DNA of 62,416 nt, the filler included. It is 6 parts of 6 records of this genome, joined end to end, with 100 filler letters (N's around TTAATTAATTAA, not from the genome) between each part and the next. Parts side by side here need not be neighbours in the genome. Positions count along the whole stretch, not along the records: positions 21,570 to 35,295 come from SRR2962707_2368; positions 35,396 to 46,948 come from SRR2962707_2369; 4 more parts are not named here. One strand, given 5' to 3'. The notes beneath the pieces are model-generated. The model was not told where the DNA came from. It did no database searches and worked only from the letters and a program-made list of their open reading frames with translations. Positions 29,872-39,529 of this stretch are shown one piece after another. Within the stretch, counting starts at the first letter, position 1, and each line of letters begins with the position of its first letter. Made by a program: the position numbers and the translations under genes.

Positions 29872-31248
29872 TCAGCGTGGCATGTCGCCGGGGTGCGTGG
29901 GCGCCGCGGGGGCCATGTCGTCTTTCTCGGGGAGGCCCGAATCGGTCGCGAGGTCGGGCTTGCCGACAATGGCGACCAGCATGTTTTCCGGCTTCAGCAG
30001 GCGTTTGGCCACGCGGGCAATGTCTTCGCGCGTTATCGCCTCGATCATGGCGTTACGGCGGTCGACATAGTCGATGCCGAGCTCTTCGAGCTGAATGCCG
30101 AGAAGCTGGTTCGCGATGGATTTGTTCGAGGTGAAGCGGAGCGGATAGGAGCCCGTCAGGAAGGTCTTGGCGTCTTCCAGCTCCTCCTCGCCGATGCCTT
30201 CGCTGGCCATGCGCGTCATCTCCTTGCGCACGATTGCAAGCGTCTCGCCGACGCGCTCATTCTTGGTGCCGACCTGTCCGAATATGATCGCCGCGTGATC
30301 GAGCGGATGGAGATAGGTGCCGATGGAGTAGGCAAGGCCGCGCTTTTCGCGCACCTCTTCCATCAGCCGCGAGGAAAAGCTGCCGCCACCCAGCACATAG
30401 TTCATGACGAAGGCGGGCATGAAGTCAGGATCGTCGCGCGCGAGGCCCTGCATGCCGAAAATCACGACGCTTTGCGGAAAGTCGCGGACGACGACCATGA
30501 CCTGACCGTCGGGCGTCACTTCAATATCGGGAACGTCCGGGATGTCCGCTTTCTCCGGCAGGCCGGCGAACGTCCGGTCGAGCAGCGCGCCCAGTTCCGG
30601 CGCGGAAATCGGTCCGACCACGGCAATCTTCATGTTGTCGCGCGCAAACACCCTTTGAGCAAAGCTCACAAGGTCCGCGCGCTCGATGCGCGGGATCGTC
30701 TCCGGCGTGCCGTCATTGGCGAGCGCATAAGGATGGTCGCCCAGCGCCGCCTTGTACCAGGCGTCCGCTGCGATCCAGTCCGGCGAATCCCGGTTGCGCG
30801 ACACGACGGTGCCGATCTGCGCGCGAATGCGCTCGACCGCGTCATCGTCGAAGCGCGGCTCCGTGATCGCCAGCGAAAACAGTTCGAAGGCCTCGTCCCT
30901 GCGGTCCGCAAGCGTCGTCAGGCTGCCGTTGAAATAGTCGCTGTCGGCGGAGAACGACATTCTCGCGGCAATGTCGTCCATGCGCTCCTGAAACTCTGCC
31001 GATGTGAGATCACCCGCGCCTTCGTCCAGCAGGCCCGACACCATGTTGGCAAGGCCCGCCTTGTCGGCGGTGTCGGTCGCGGTGCCGCCCTTCCATGCCA
31101 CTTCCATGACGAAGACGGGGATGGACGGCTCCTCGACAAGCCATGCCTCGATGCCGCCCGGGCTCACCACCCGCTCGATATCCATCGCCTCTGCCGGAGC
31201 GAGGCGGCACAGCAGCACGACAAAGGCGAGCGCAAGCGGACGGATCAA
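29872..31248 (-). CDS. M16 family peptidase, non-catalytic-type subunit
   Basis: SPGGIEAWLVE, SSRLMEEVREKRGLAY; no HxxEH. Confidence 0.9.
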   Translation of the reverse strand: MIRPLALAFVVLLCRLAPAEAMDIERVVSPGGIEAWLVEEPSIPVFVMEVAWKGGTATDTADKAGLANMVSGLLDEGAGDLTSAEFQERMDDIAARMSFSADSDYFNGSLTTLADRRDEAFELFSLAITEPRFDDDAVERIRAQIGTVVSRNRDSPDWIAADAWYKAALGDHPYALANDGTPETIPRIERADLVSFAQRVFARDNMKIAVVGPISAPELGALLDRTFAGLPEKADIPDVPDIEVTPDGQVMVVVRDFPQSVVIFGMQGLARDDPDFMPAFVMNYVLGGGSFSSRLMEEVREKRGLAYSIGTYLHPLDHAAIIFGQVGTKNERVGETLAIVRKEMTRMASEGIGEEELEDAKTFLTGSYPLRFTSNKSIANQLLGIQLEELGIDYVDRRNAMIEAITREDIARVAKRLLKPENMLVAIVGKPDLATDSGLPEKDDMAPAAPTHPGDMPR

Positions 31249-32612
31249 CTGTCTCCTCCCGGCAGAAGCTCACCTGTCACGGAATGCGTGCCCGTGAATA
31301 TTTTTTTCGCCGCGGCGAGAACATCGTCTTTCGTGACGCCGCTCACGCGCTCGGGCCATTCGTGAATCTCGTCGACGTCGAGCCCCGTCATCAGGCCCTC
31401 GCCATAGGCATAGGCCATGCTGCGCTGGCTATCGCGCGCATAGACGGCGCTGGCGACGATCACCGTCTTGGCCCGTTCCAGTTCTTCGTCGGTGATGCCG
31501 GTTTCGAGCAGGCGCTGCACTTCGGCGTCCATCGCTTTTTCGAGCGCGTCGAGAGTGCCGCCTGTGCGGGGCAGCGCATAAAGGCCGAACTTGCCTTGGT
31601 TGAGGCGGCTGCCCTCGTACCAGCTCTGCGCGCCCGTTGCGACACCCTGCTCCACGACCAGCGCCCGGTAGAGACGGCTGGTGGTGCCGCCGCCGAGAAT
31701 TTCCGCGAGCACGTCGAAGACAGGCGCCTCCTCTTCGCTCGCCGTCGCATAGCTCGGTGCCGGAAAGTAGCGCAGCCACGTGGCTTCGGTGACGCGCGGA
31801 TCGCGGCGAACAATACGCTTGTCCTCGTCCGGCCATTTCACGGAAGGACGTTCGCGCACGAAGGTCGGCGCCCGTTCGGCGATGCTGCCGTAGTATTTCT
31901 CCGCGAGCGGCTTCAACTCATCGGCCGTGACATCGCCCGCAACGATCAGCGTTGCGTTGTTCGGCGTGTAGAAGCGCTTGTAGAAATCGAGCGCGTCGTC
32001 GGTCCCCAGCTCTGCGACTTCGGATTTGTAACCGATGATGTCCCTGCCATAGGGATGGTCGCCATAGAGGGCGGCGTTCATCTCCGACTGCAGCAAGGCC
32101 GGGGGACTGTTCTCGATCCGCATCCGCAATTCTTCCAGCACCACATCCCGCTCGGGCAGCACTTCCGCGTCGGTCAATTCGAGGCCCGTCATGCGGTCCG
32201 CTTCCATCTCCATCACGAGCGGCAGGCGGTCCTTTGCGATGACCTGGAAATAGGCGGTGAAGTCGTAATGCGTGAAGGCGTTGTCCTGACCGCCATTGCG
32301 CGCGACGATGCGCGAGAACTGGCCGGGGGCAATCTTCTCCGTTCCCTTGAACATCAGATGTTCGAGAAAGTGCGCGATGCCGGTCTTGCCCGGCGTCTCG
32401 TCCGCCGCACCGACTTCGTACCAGACCATGTGAGTGACGACAGGTGCCCGGTGATCGGGGATCACCAGCACGTTCATGCCGTTTTCAAGCGTGAAGGAAA
32501 CAGGCGCGGCTCCCGTCGCGAGCGTATTGCCGCGACCGAACACGAGGCCGAGCGCGACGAGCAAAACCAGCGCGACGAGCGGCAAGGCAGCAAGATATCG
32601 GGGACGGAGCAA
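31245..32612 (-). CDS. M16 family zinc peptidase, catalytic subunit
   Basis: AHFLEHLMFKGT, NAFT, ERDVVLEE. Confidence 0.93.
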   Translation of the reverse strand: MLRPRYLAALPLVALVLLVALGLVFGRGNTLATGAAPVSFTLENGMNVLVIPDHRAPVVTHMVWYEVGAADETPGKTGIAHFLEHLMFKGTEKIAPGQFSRIVARNGGQDNAFTHYDFTAYFQVIAKDRLPLVMEMEADRMTGLELTDAEVLPERDVVLEELRMRIENSPPALLQSEMNAALYGDHPYGRDIIGYKSEVAELGTDDALDFYKRFYTPNNATLIVAGDVTADELKPLAEKYYGSIAERAPTFVRERPSVKWPDEDKRIVRRDPRVTEATWLRYFPAPSYATASEEEAPVFDVLAEILGGGTTSRLYRALVVEQGVATGAQSWYEGSRLNQGKFGLYALPRTGGTLDALEKAMDAEVQRLLETGITDEELERAKTVIVASAVYARDSQRSMAYAYGEGLMTGLDVDEIHEWPERVSGVTKDDVLAAAKKIFTGTHSVTGELLPGGDS

Positions 32613-32678
32613 CTCTTCCCTCCGGGAAATGCGCGCGCTCTAGCTGAAGCGGGAGGAAATGCGTGGGCGTGACGGCGC

Positions 32679-33278
32679 CTAGAAAATACCCGAGAGCCAG
32701 CCTTCCTTTTTCTGCTCCTGAGTAGGGGTCTCGCCCTCGGTGACGGGCTTGCCCTCGGCTTCGTTCTGCTGGATGCGCTGCTGTTCCTCAGTCGGGTTCA
32801 CAAGGCGCTCGTCCGGCGCGGGGCCGTCCTGCTTCCAGAAGATCACGTTGTCGACGAAAGTCTTGTCCCGCTCGACCAGCGAGCGCGTTTCCGCGTTCAC
32901 GACCTGGCGGATGCGCGGGTCGGCTTCCGCCGCGCCGGTCTGTTCGAGGAGAGCCTGCTCGCCCGCCGTATTGGCGGAGCCGCCCTCGGCGAGAGCGCCA
33001 TCGCCAATCAGGGCGCGCTGCGCACCGAGCGTCGGCTGGATTTCCATTTCCTGCGGCCGGAGCGCGCCGGGCTGCGGCGGGCGCAGCGAATAGTCCGGCG
33101 GAATGATCAGCGGAGCCTTTGTCACGATCGCGAATTCGTCCGGCGCAGATTTGCCATAACCGAGTGTGTCCCGGATGCTGTCGCCGCCGCAGCCCGCGAG
33201 CGCCAGAGACAGGACAGCGAGCATGCCCGCTTTTGCGCTCCACCCGGCGGACCGGGAGATTTTCGCTTCTGTGCTCAC
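32679..33278 (-). CDS. DUF3035 family lipoprotein
   Basis: Lipobox LAGC, KSAPDEFAIVTKAPLIIPPDYSLRPP. Confidence 0.88.
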   Translation of the reverse strand: MSTEAKISRSAGWSAKAGMLAVLSLALAGCGGDSIRDTLGYGKSAPDEFAIVTKAPLIIPPDYSLRPPQPGALRPQEMEIQPTLGAQRALIGDGALAEGGSANTAGEQALLEQTGAAEADPRIRQVVNAETRSLVERDKTFVDNVIFWKQDGPAPDERLVNPTEEQQRIQQNEAEGKPVTEGETPTQEQKKEGWLSGIF

Positions 33279-33319
33279 GTTGCAGTCTCCTTAGCGATGC
33301 ATGCCGTGCGGGGGGCCAT

Positions 33320-33871
33320 TCAGGCCGCCATACCGCCCGATTTTCCGTCCGGGCTGTCTTTCTTGTGGCTGCCGAAAAGGCCCGGCCATACCGATTCGAG
33401 AAGGATTAACGCGACGCCCAGCGCGATCCACACATCGGCAATGTTGAAGATATACCAGTAAAAGCCGAAGGCATGAAAACTAAAAAAGTCCGCGACCGCG
33501 CCGTAGGAAATGCGGTCGTAGACGTTGCCCAGCGCGCCACCGAGAACGAGCCCGATGGCGATGGCCGTTACCTTGAACTCCACCCGCGCGAGCCAAAGCG
33601 CGAGACCAAGGCTTACCGCGAGCGCGAAGGCGGCGAGAATCGTAACGCCGAGTGCCGTTTCCGCCTGAAAAAGGCCATAGCTCACGCCCTTGTTCCAGGC
33701 CATGACGAGATCGAAGAAGGATGTCACTTCCACGCGGCCCCGCGCGGCAATGTCATAGACATTGAGCATCCACCACTTGTGGAAGCGGTCAATGCCGAAC
33801 CCCGCAAGCGCGATGAGAAAGCCGTAGAGCGAAAACGGGCCCCAGAAGGTTTCGCGGCTCAGCCGGTTCAT
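33320..33871 (-). CDS. lspA: Signal peptidase II
   Basis: WNKGVSYGLF, GGALGNVYDR, VADF, FNIAD; follows ileS. Confidence 0.96.
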   Translation of the reverse strand: MNRLSRETFWGPFSLYGFLIALAGFGIDRFHKWWMLNVYDIAARGRVEVTSFFDLVMAWNKGVSYGLFQAETALGVTILAAFALAVSLGLALWLARVEFKVTAIAIGLVLGGALGNVYDRISYGAVADFFSFHAFGFYWYIFNIADVWIALGVALILLESVWPGLFGSHKKDSPDGKSGGMAA

Positions 33872-33885
33872 GATCCCTGTTCCCT

Positions 33886-35295
33886 TCAGCCGTTCGCCGC
33901 GCGGGCGTCATATTCCCTGACCGCCGCCGCATCGCGGAGTGAGAGGTCGGGATAATCCGGGTCGCTGCCAACTTCCGGCAGGATGCGCCACGAGCGGGCG
34001 CATTTGCGGCCGTCTGCGAGCTTCGGCACGACGGCCACGCCCGGCACCTCGTCGAGCCGCCAGGCGTCCGCCGGGCCCTCGCCTTCGACAAGCGTTGCCT
34101 GGCTCGTGATCGCGATTTCGGCGAGGTCGACGCCCTGCATCGCCTCGAGAAGCTCGTGCCGCGAGACGAAGACTTCCGGCGCCGCTTCGAGGCTCGCGCC
34201 GATCCGCTTCTCGCGGCGCTCGACTTCGAGTGCGCCCGTCACAGCGCGGCGGAGTTCGCGCACCTTTTTCCACTTTTCGGAAAGCACCTCATTGCGCCAC
34301 TCCCCCGGAATTTCCGGGAAGGTGCGCAGGTGAACGGAATCCGTATCCGAGGGGAAACGTGCGAGCCAGACTTCTTCGACCGTGAAGCAGAGCACCGGCG
34401 CAAGCCACGCCGTGAGGCAGGAAAAGAGATGGTCGAGCACCGTGCGGCAGGCGCGGCGGCGCTGGCTTGACGGCGCATCGCAATAGAGCGTGTCCTTGCG
34501 AATGTCGAAATAGAAAGCCGAGAGGTCGACGTTCATGAAGTTCGACAGCGTATGCGCGACGCGCTTGAAGTCGTAGTCCGTGTAGGCCTTGCGGACCAGC
34601 TCGTCGAGTTCGGTCAGACGATGCAGGATCGCGCGTTCGAGTTCCGGCATGTCGGCAACGGCGACGCGTTCCTCCTCCGCGAACCCGTCGAGATTGCCGA
34701 GCAGGTAACGGAACGTGTTGCGCAGTTTTCGATAGGCTTCGACGTTCGACTTGATGATGTCGTTGCCGATGCTGTGGTCTTCCCAATAGTCGGTATTCGC
34801 GACCCAGAGGCGCAGGATTTCCGCGCCGTTCTGTTTGATGATCGCTTCGGGCTCGATCGCGTTGCCGAGCGACTTCGACATTTTGAGGCCCTTGTCGGTC
34901 AGCGTCATGCCATGCGTCAGCACCTGCCGGTAGGGCGCGCGGCCGCGCGTGGCGCAGCTTTCGAGCAGCGAGGACTGGAACCAGCCCCGATGCTGGTCCG
35001 AACCTTCGAGATAGAGGTCGGCCGGCACCGGCAGCCCGCGCGCTTCGAGCACGAAAGAATGGGTCGAACCAGAATCGAACCAGACATCGAGAATGTCGGT
35101 CACCTTCTCGTAGTCCGCCTCGTCGTAACCGCTTCCGAGGAAGTCGCTCGCGGGATGCTCGAACCAGGCGTCAGCACCTTCCTTCGCGACCGCTTCGACG
35201 ATGCGTGCGTTGACGGCCTCGTCGCGCAGCAACTCGCCGGTCTTGTTGTTGACGAAGAGCGTCAGCGGCACACCCCAGGCGCGCTGGCGGGACAG
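33886..35295 (-). CDS. ileS: Isoleucine--tRNA ligase, C-terminal part (5' end cut by contig edge)
   Basis: SRQRAWGVP, DVWFDSG, EGSDQHRGWF, KMSKS. Confidence 0.98.
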   Translation of the reverse strand: MSRQRAWGVPLTLFVNNKTGELLRDEAVNARIVEAVAKEGADAWFEHPASDFLGSGYDEADYEKVTDILDVWFDSGSTHSFVLEARGLPVPADLYLEGSDQHRGWFQSSLLESCATRGRAPYRQVLTHGMTLTDKGLKMSKSLGNAIEPEAIIKQNGAEILRLWVANTDYWEDHSIGNDIIKSNVEAYRKLRNTFRYLLGNLDGFAEEERVAVADMPELERAILHRLTELDELVRKAYTDYDFKRVAHTLSNFMNVDLSAFYFDIRKDTLYCDAPSSQRRRACRTVLDHLFSCLTAWLAPVLCFTVEEVWLARFPSDTDSVHLRTFPEIPGEWRNEVLSEKWKKVRELRRAVTGALEVERREKRIGASLEAAPEVFVSRHELLEAMQGVDLAEIAITSQATLVEGEGPADAWRLDEVPGVAVVPKLADGRKCARSWRILPEVGSDPDYPDLSLRDAAAVREYDARAANG

Positions 35296-35395
35296 NNNNN
35301 NNNNNNNNNNNNNNNNNNNNNNNNNNNNNNNNNNNNNNNTTAATTAATTAANNNNNNNNNNNNNNNNNNNNNNNNNNNNNNNNNNNNNNNNNNNN
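35296..35395. other. Artificial contig spacer
   Basis: N44-TTAATTAATTAA-N44. Confidence 0.99.
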
Positions 35396-36258
35396 ACCTG
35401 GAAGATCGGCGCTTCTTCGTCCTTGTTGATGGCAACGATGACTTTACTGTCCTTCATACCAGCCAAGTGCTGGATCGCGCCGGAAATACCAATGGCGACG
35501 TACAGATCGGGTGCAACGACCTTACCGGTCTGACCAACTTGCCAGTCGTTTGGTGCAAAGCCTGAATCCACGGCCGCACGAGACGCACCGACAGCAGCGC
35601 CAAGTTTATCGGCGAGGGCTTCGATGATCGCGAAGTCCTCCTCGGACCCAACACCTCGGCCACCGGAGACAACAACACCGGCAGAAGTAAGCTCTGGGCG
35701 ATCAGAGGCGGCAACCTTGTCTTCCACATGCTCGGACAGTCCGGGGTTTGCAACAGCCGCAATTTTTTCGACAGCAGCAGAACCACCTTCGCCAGCGGCG
35801 TCAAAGTTGGCCGTACGCACGGTCATCACCTTGGTCGCATCCAGGGATTTCACGGTTTGGATCGCGTTCCCGGCATAGATTGGGCGTTCGAAGGTGTCCG
35901 CGTCTACAACCGCAGTCACATCCGAAAGAACCATAACATCCAAAAGCGCCGCTACGCGGGGCAAGATGTTCTTTGCGCTGGCCGTCGATGGCGCCACAAT
36001 GTGGCTGTAGTCGCCTGCAACTGACAGGATAAGGTCGGACACTGGTTCAGCAAGTCCATTGCCATATGCGGCATCGTCTGCACATAGAACTTTGGACACA
36101 CCGTCAAGCTTAGCGGCAGCTTCGGCAGCGCCACCACAGGCGCTTGCGGCGCAAAGGACAGTTACGTCTCCAATGGCTTTTGCAGCTGTTAGAGCTTTGG
36201 CGGTTGCATCAACAGCAAGCTCACCATTCGAAACTTCGGCAATCAGAAGTACGGCCAT
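35396..36258 (-). CDS. etfA: Electron transfer flavoprotein alpha subunit (3' end truncated)
   Basis: [39 protein letters not shown]. Confidence 0.97.
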
Positions 36259-37016
36259 TATACAGCTCCTGCTTCTTTTAGCTTGGCAACCAGCTCATCG
36301 ACAGAGCCAACAATGATCCCGGCTTCGCGAGAAGCTGGTTCGGATGTTTTTACAACTTCCAGACGCGGGGTCACATCAACACCGAAATCGGCAGCTGTTT
36401 TTTGGTCCAGCGGCTTTTTCTTGGCTTTCATGATGTTGGGCAAAGACGCATAACGCGGCTCGTTCAGGCGGAGGTCGGCGGTGATAATGGCCGGCAAGGT
36501 CACTTTGATGATCTGCAATCCACCGTCAACTTCACGGGTGACCGTGGCGCTGTCGCCGTCAATGCTGACCTCAGACGCAAAAGTTGCCTGGCTCCAACCT
36601 GTAAGCGCGGCCAGCATCTGGCCAGTCGCATTCATGTCGTTGTCGATGGCTTGTTTGCCAGCGATGACGAGACCGGGCTGTTCTTCGTCAATGATCGCCT
36701 TAAGAATTTTGGCAACGGCCAGAGGCTCAATGTCCTGTTGTGCGTCGTCGGCGGCGACAACCAGGATCGCGCGGTCTGCGCCCATGGCCAAAGCAGTACG
36801 CAAAGTTTCCTGAGCTTGCTTGACACCGATTGAAACTGCGACGATTTCAGAAGCCGTACCGGCTTCTTTCAAACGAATAGCTTCTTCGACGGCGATTTCG
36901 TCAAATGGGTTCATCGACATTTTGACGTTTGCTAGATCAACTCCGCTTCCATCCGCTTTGACGCGAACTTTCACGTTGTAGTCGATCACACGCTTGACAG
37001 GCACAAGAACCTTCAT
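36258..37016 (-). CDS. etfB: Electron transfer flavoprotein beta subunit
   Basis: [47 protein letters not shown]. Confidence 0.97.
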   Translation of the reverse strand: MKVLVPVKRVIDYNVKVRVKADGSGVDLANVKMSMNPFDEIAVEEAIRLKEAGTASEIVAVSIGVKQAQETLRTALAMGADRAILVVAADDAQQDIEPLAVAKILKAIIDEEQPGLVIAGKQAIDNDMNATGQMLAALTGWSQATFASEVSIDGDSATVTREVDGGLQIIKVTLPAIITADLRLNEPRYASLPNIMKAKKKPLDQKTAADFGVDVTPRLEVVKTSEPASREAGIIVGSVDELVAKLKEAGAV

Positions 37017-37177
37017 GGGCGTTTGTTCTCCTATTGTGGGTTAGCACCCAGGAGGGGTGCTGGTACTCAACTTCTTGCAAGGTGATACTTCTGATAGATA
37101 CCGGGAAAAAGGCCAAAAACGTTACGTTAGCGCCATCTTCGGATTGGAAATTTGGTTTTTAGTGTCTGTACGAGGTG

Positions 37178-38305
37178 TTAGCTACAAATTTTCTTGAGGT
37201 CCGCCCATTGTGATTCTGTTAGGACAGGCTGGGTTTCCATATTTTTGGGCGTTGCGTTCCTCGCGGCCTCAATTCGGTCTCCTAAGGCGGGGTGGCTTAA
37301 GAAATGTGCGGCAAGGCCCGTACTACTACCGCCCCTTGCTTGAAAATGCACAAACATGTCGGACAAAGCAGAAGGTGCAAGCCCGGCTTTGATCATTGCA
37401 TCATGAGCAAACGTATCTGCTTGGGCCTCGGCGCCTTGCGCGTATTGAGCGTCAATAAGCCGCTCTGCCAAGAACAAGACAACGGCACCTCCGGCAAAGT
37501 CACCGAAGAGTAACCCTAGAACCCCGATTGATCCGGCTGATCTTAGCGCGTGCCGGGTGGGATCGCGGCTCACAACGTGACCAATTTCATGAGCAAAAAC
37601 CGCGGCGATCTGTTCGGGTGCATCTGCCGCGTCGAGCAATCCTCGGAAAAAGACAATGTGCCCGCCCGGGAGGGCGAAGGCGTTGACCATTTTGTGGTCC
37701 AGAACATGAACGGTCAGCTCGGTTGGTAAATCCAGAACCGTTTCGAACCGGGTTTCCAACGCATTGAGTGCCACCAGCCCCTTTGGATTTTCGCAAAGCG
37801 GAACAGGCGCCAACCCGGTATCGTCCAATGCATCGCGAATTTGGTTCAGGGTCACGTCGCCCAAGGCGCGTTCGCCTTCAGCCGGGATGAAATTCGCAAG
37901 CTGGTTTGCCATTGTTGGAACCAAAACCAAAACGATGAGCGCCACAGACGCGACGGAGGCCACGGCCCAGGCTGCCAATCGGCCACGTCGCGTGACTGGT
38001 GCCCGCCGTTTCCGGTTCTTCAATCGAGGTTCAAGGCTGCGATCACTCAGGATAATACGTCTCACAGAGTCTTCACGGTGGCGCAAAACCATAATGTCAT
38101 TGGCGGCCTGATCCGGGACTTCGCGAATATCATTCAAAAGCCAGGATAGTTTTTCACTATTTTCGTCTTCCCAAAACAGAGCACCTTTGTTTTCGTCGAT
38201 ACGGAGTTGAACTGAGACCGGGCGCGCTTCTTCACCGTTCAGGTAGTCAGCAGTCACAACATATCCTGCGGGCTTGGAGCCGACCCGAATAACTGTATTG
38301 GTCAT
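37178..38305 (-). CDS. M48 family metallopeptidase
   Basis: NAFALPGG, AHEIGH, EAQAD, LSHP; ATGA overlap with the DUF898 gene. Confidence 0.92.
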   Translation of the reverse strand: MTNTVIRVGSKPAGYVVTADYLNGEEARPVSVQLRIDENKGALFWEDENSEKLSWLLNDIREVPDQAANDIMVLRHREDSVRRIILSDRSLEPRLKNRKRRAPVTRRGRLAAWAVASVASVALIVLVLVPTMANQLANFIPAEGERALGDVTLNQIRDALDDTGLAPVPLCENPKGLVALNALETRFETVLDLPTELTVHVLDHKMVNAFALPGGHIVFFRGLLDAADAPEQIAAVFAHEIGHVVSRDPTRHALRSAGSIGVLGLLFGDFAGGAVVLFLAERLIDAQYAQGAEAQADTFAHDAMIKAGLAPSALSDMFVHFQARGGSSTGLAAHFLSHPALGDRIEAARNATPKNMETQPVLTESQWADLKKICS

Positions 38306-39516
38306 ATTGAGGCCCCTACATCCAAGGCTTCTGCAAATCCTTCGGCCTCTTGGAATTCGTCACGTGGGCGCTGTCGAATGGATAACAGAGCCTCCGGGTT
38401 TTCGATCTGCAATCGACTGGCGTAATGCCGGATCACGGGCATGGTCACAAAGGCATGTGTCAGGGCTGACCAAAGCAAAAAGATGGAGAAATACAGCCCC
38501 ACATTTAATGCTACCAAAAATTCGCGCCGTAGATTTAGGATCCAATCCAAACCGCCTACCATTTGCATTCCTGTCTGAGAGGCAACGGACAGAATGGCAA
38601 AAGCGACGAGGCTCAAACCAATGAGTAGAGGAAGGATCGACAACGACGCCAAAGTATAGCCCCCCATATGAATAAACATGATGCGCGCCGGGCTGGGCGT
38701 CATCGCTAGCGAAGCGTTTTCAAGTGTCTTGTTTTCCGTCAAATATTTCAGACTGCACACTCGGTAGTAAAAGGCCCCGTAAAACAACAACGACAATGTA
38801 ACGATACTTAGTCCAATTGCGATCGCGACTTCGGGGTCGGCCAACAGTTCCAAACTGGACAACAACTCAGGATTCGAAAAATCTGCAAATTCAAAAATTG
38901 CAGCGGCGGCCCCAATTGAACAAAACAAGGCTGCGAAAAGTGGGGCCATTGCAGCGTAAAGACCCGTCCACTTACCGTTTTGTTGCATCCTTGATGCGCC
39001 AAAATAGGTGCGGTCGGTTTTGTATTTTTCGAGCTTGAACGTCATCAAAGGCATCAAAAGGCCCGCCGATATGATCGCCAGAAGCCAATATAACATAGCA
39101 CGGAAGGCATAGCCCCACGCCCCGGGTTCAAGGCCAAACCGGACGCCGCGCCAACGGGTTCGGGCCAACACATAGCGGCGCGACCGGTACTGGGCATAAA
39201 ACCACAAGGGAATGACCCCCAAGAAGCTCAGAAAATACGCGGCGACATTGCCCTGAAAGAGCGAGAAGCTCAGGAACATCAGGAGGAGGTTTACTATGCC
39301 GATGTAGAAGGCAAGGAAAACCACCGCTATCAAGAAGCCAAGCAGCTTTTCAAACGGATCTCCGGTGTATTCCAAGGGCGACCCACCGGGGCGGATGGCG
39401 GACCAATACCAGCGTCGCAAACGGGTTTTCATCCAGAATCGATAAAACCCAAGGGTCAGAACGGTCAAAAACCCTGTCTTAAGTGTCAGCCAGAAAAGAC
39501 GTCCGCGACGACCCAC
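38302..39516 (-). CDS. DUF898/YjgN family membrane protein (start uncertain)
   Basis: LTVLTLGFYRFWMKTRLRR, YTG...EKLLGFLIA, RTRWRGVRF; first start codon outside parC is the GTG at 39516. Confidence 0.85.
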   Translation of the reverse strand: MGRRGRLFWLTLKTGFLTVLTLGFYRFWMKTRLRRWYWSAIRPGGSPLEYTGDPFEKLLGFLIAVVFLAFYIGIVNLLLMFLSFSLFQGNVAAYFLSFLGVIPLWFYAQYRSRRYVLARTRWRGVRFGLEPGAWGYAFRAMLYWLLAIISAGLLMPLMTFKLEKYKTDRTYFGASRMQQNGKWTGLYAAMAPLFAALFCSIGAAAAIFEFADFSNPELLSSLELLADPEVAIAIGLSIVTLSLLFYGAFYYRVCSLKYLTENKTLENASLAMTPSPARIMFIHMGGYTLASLSILPLLIGLSLVAFAILSVASQTGMQMVGGLDWILNLRREFLVALNVGLYFSIFLLWSALTHAFVTMPVIRHYASRLQIENPEALLSIRQRPRDEFQEAEGFAEALDVGASI

Positions 39517-39529
39517 AAAAGATGTGGCT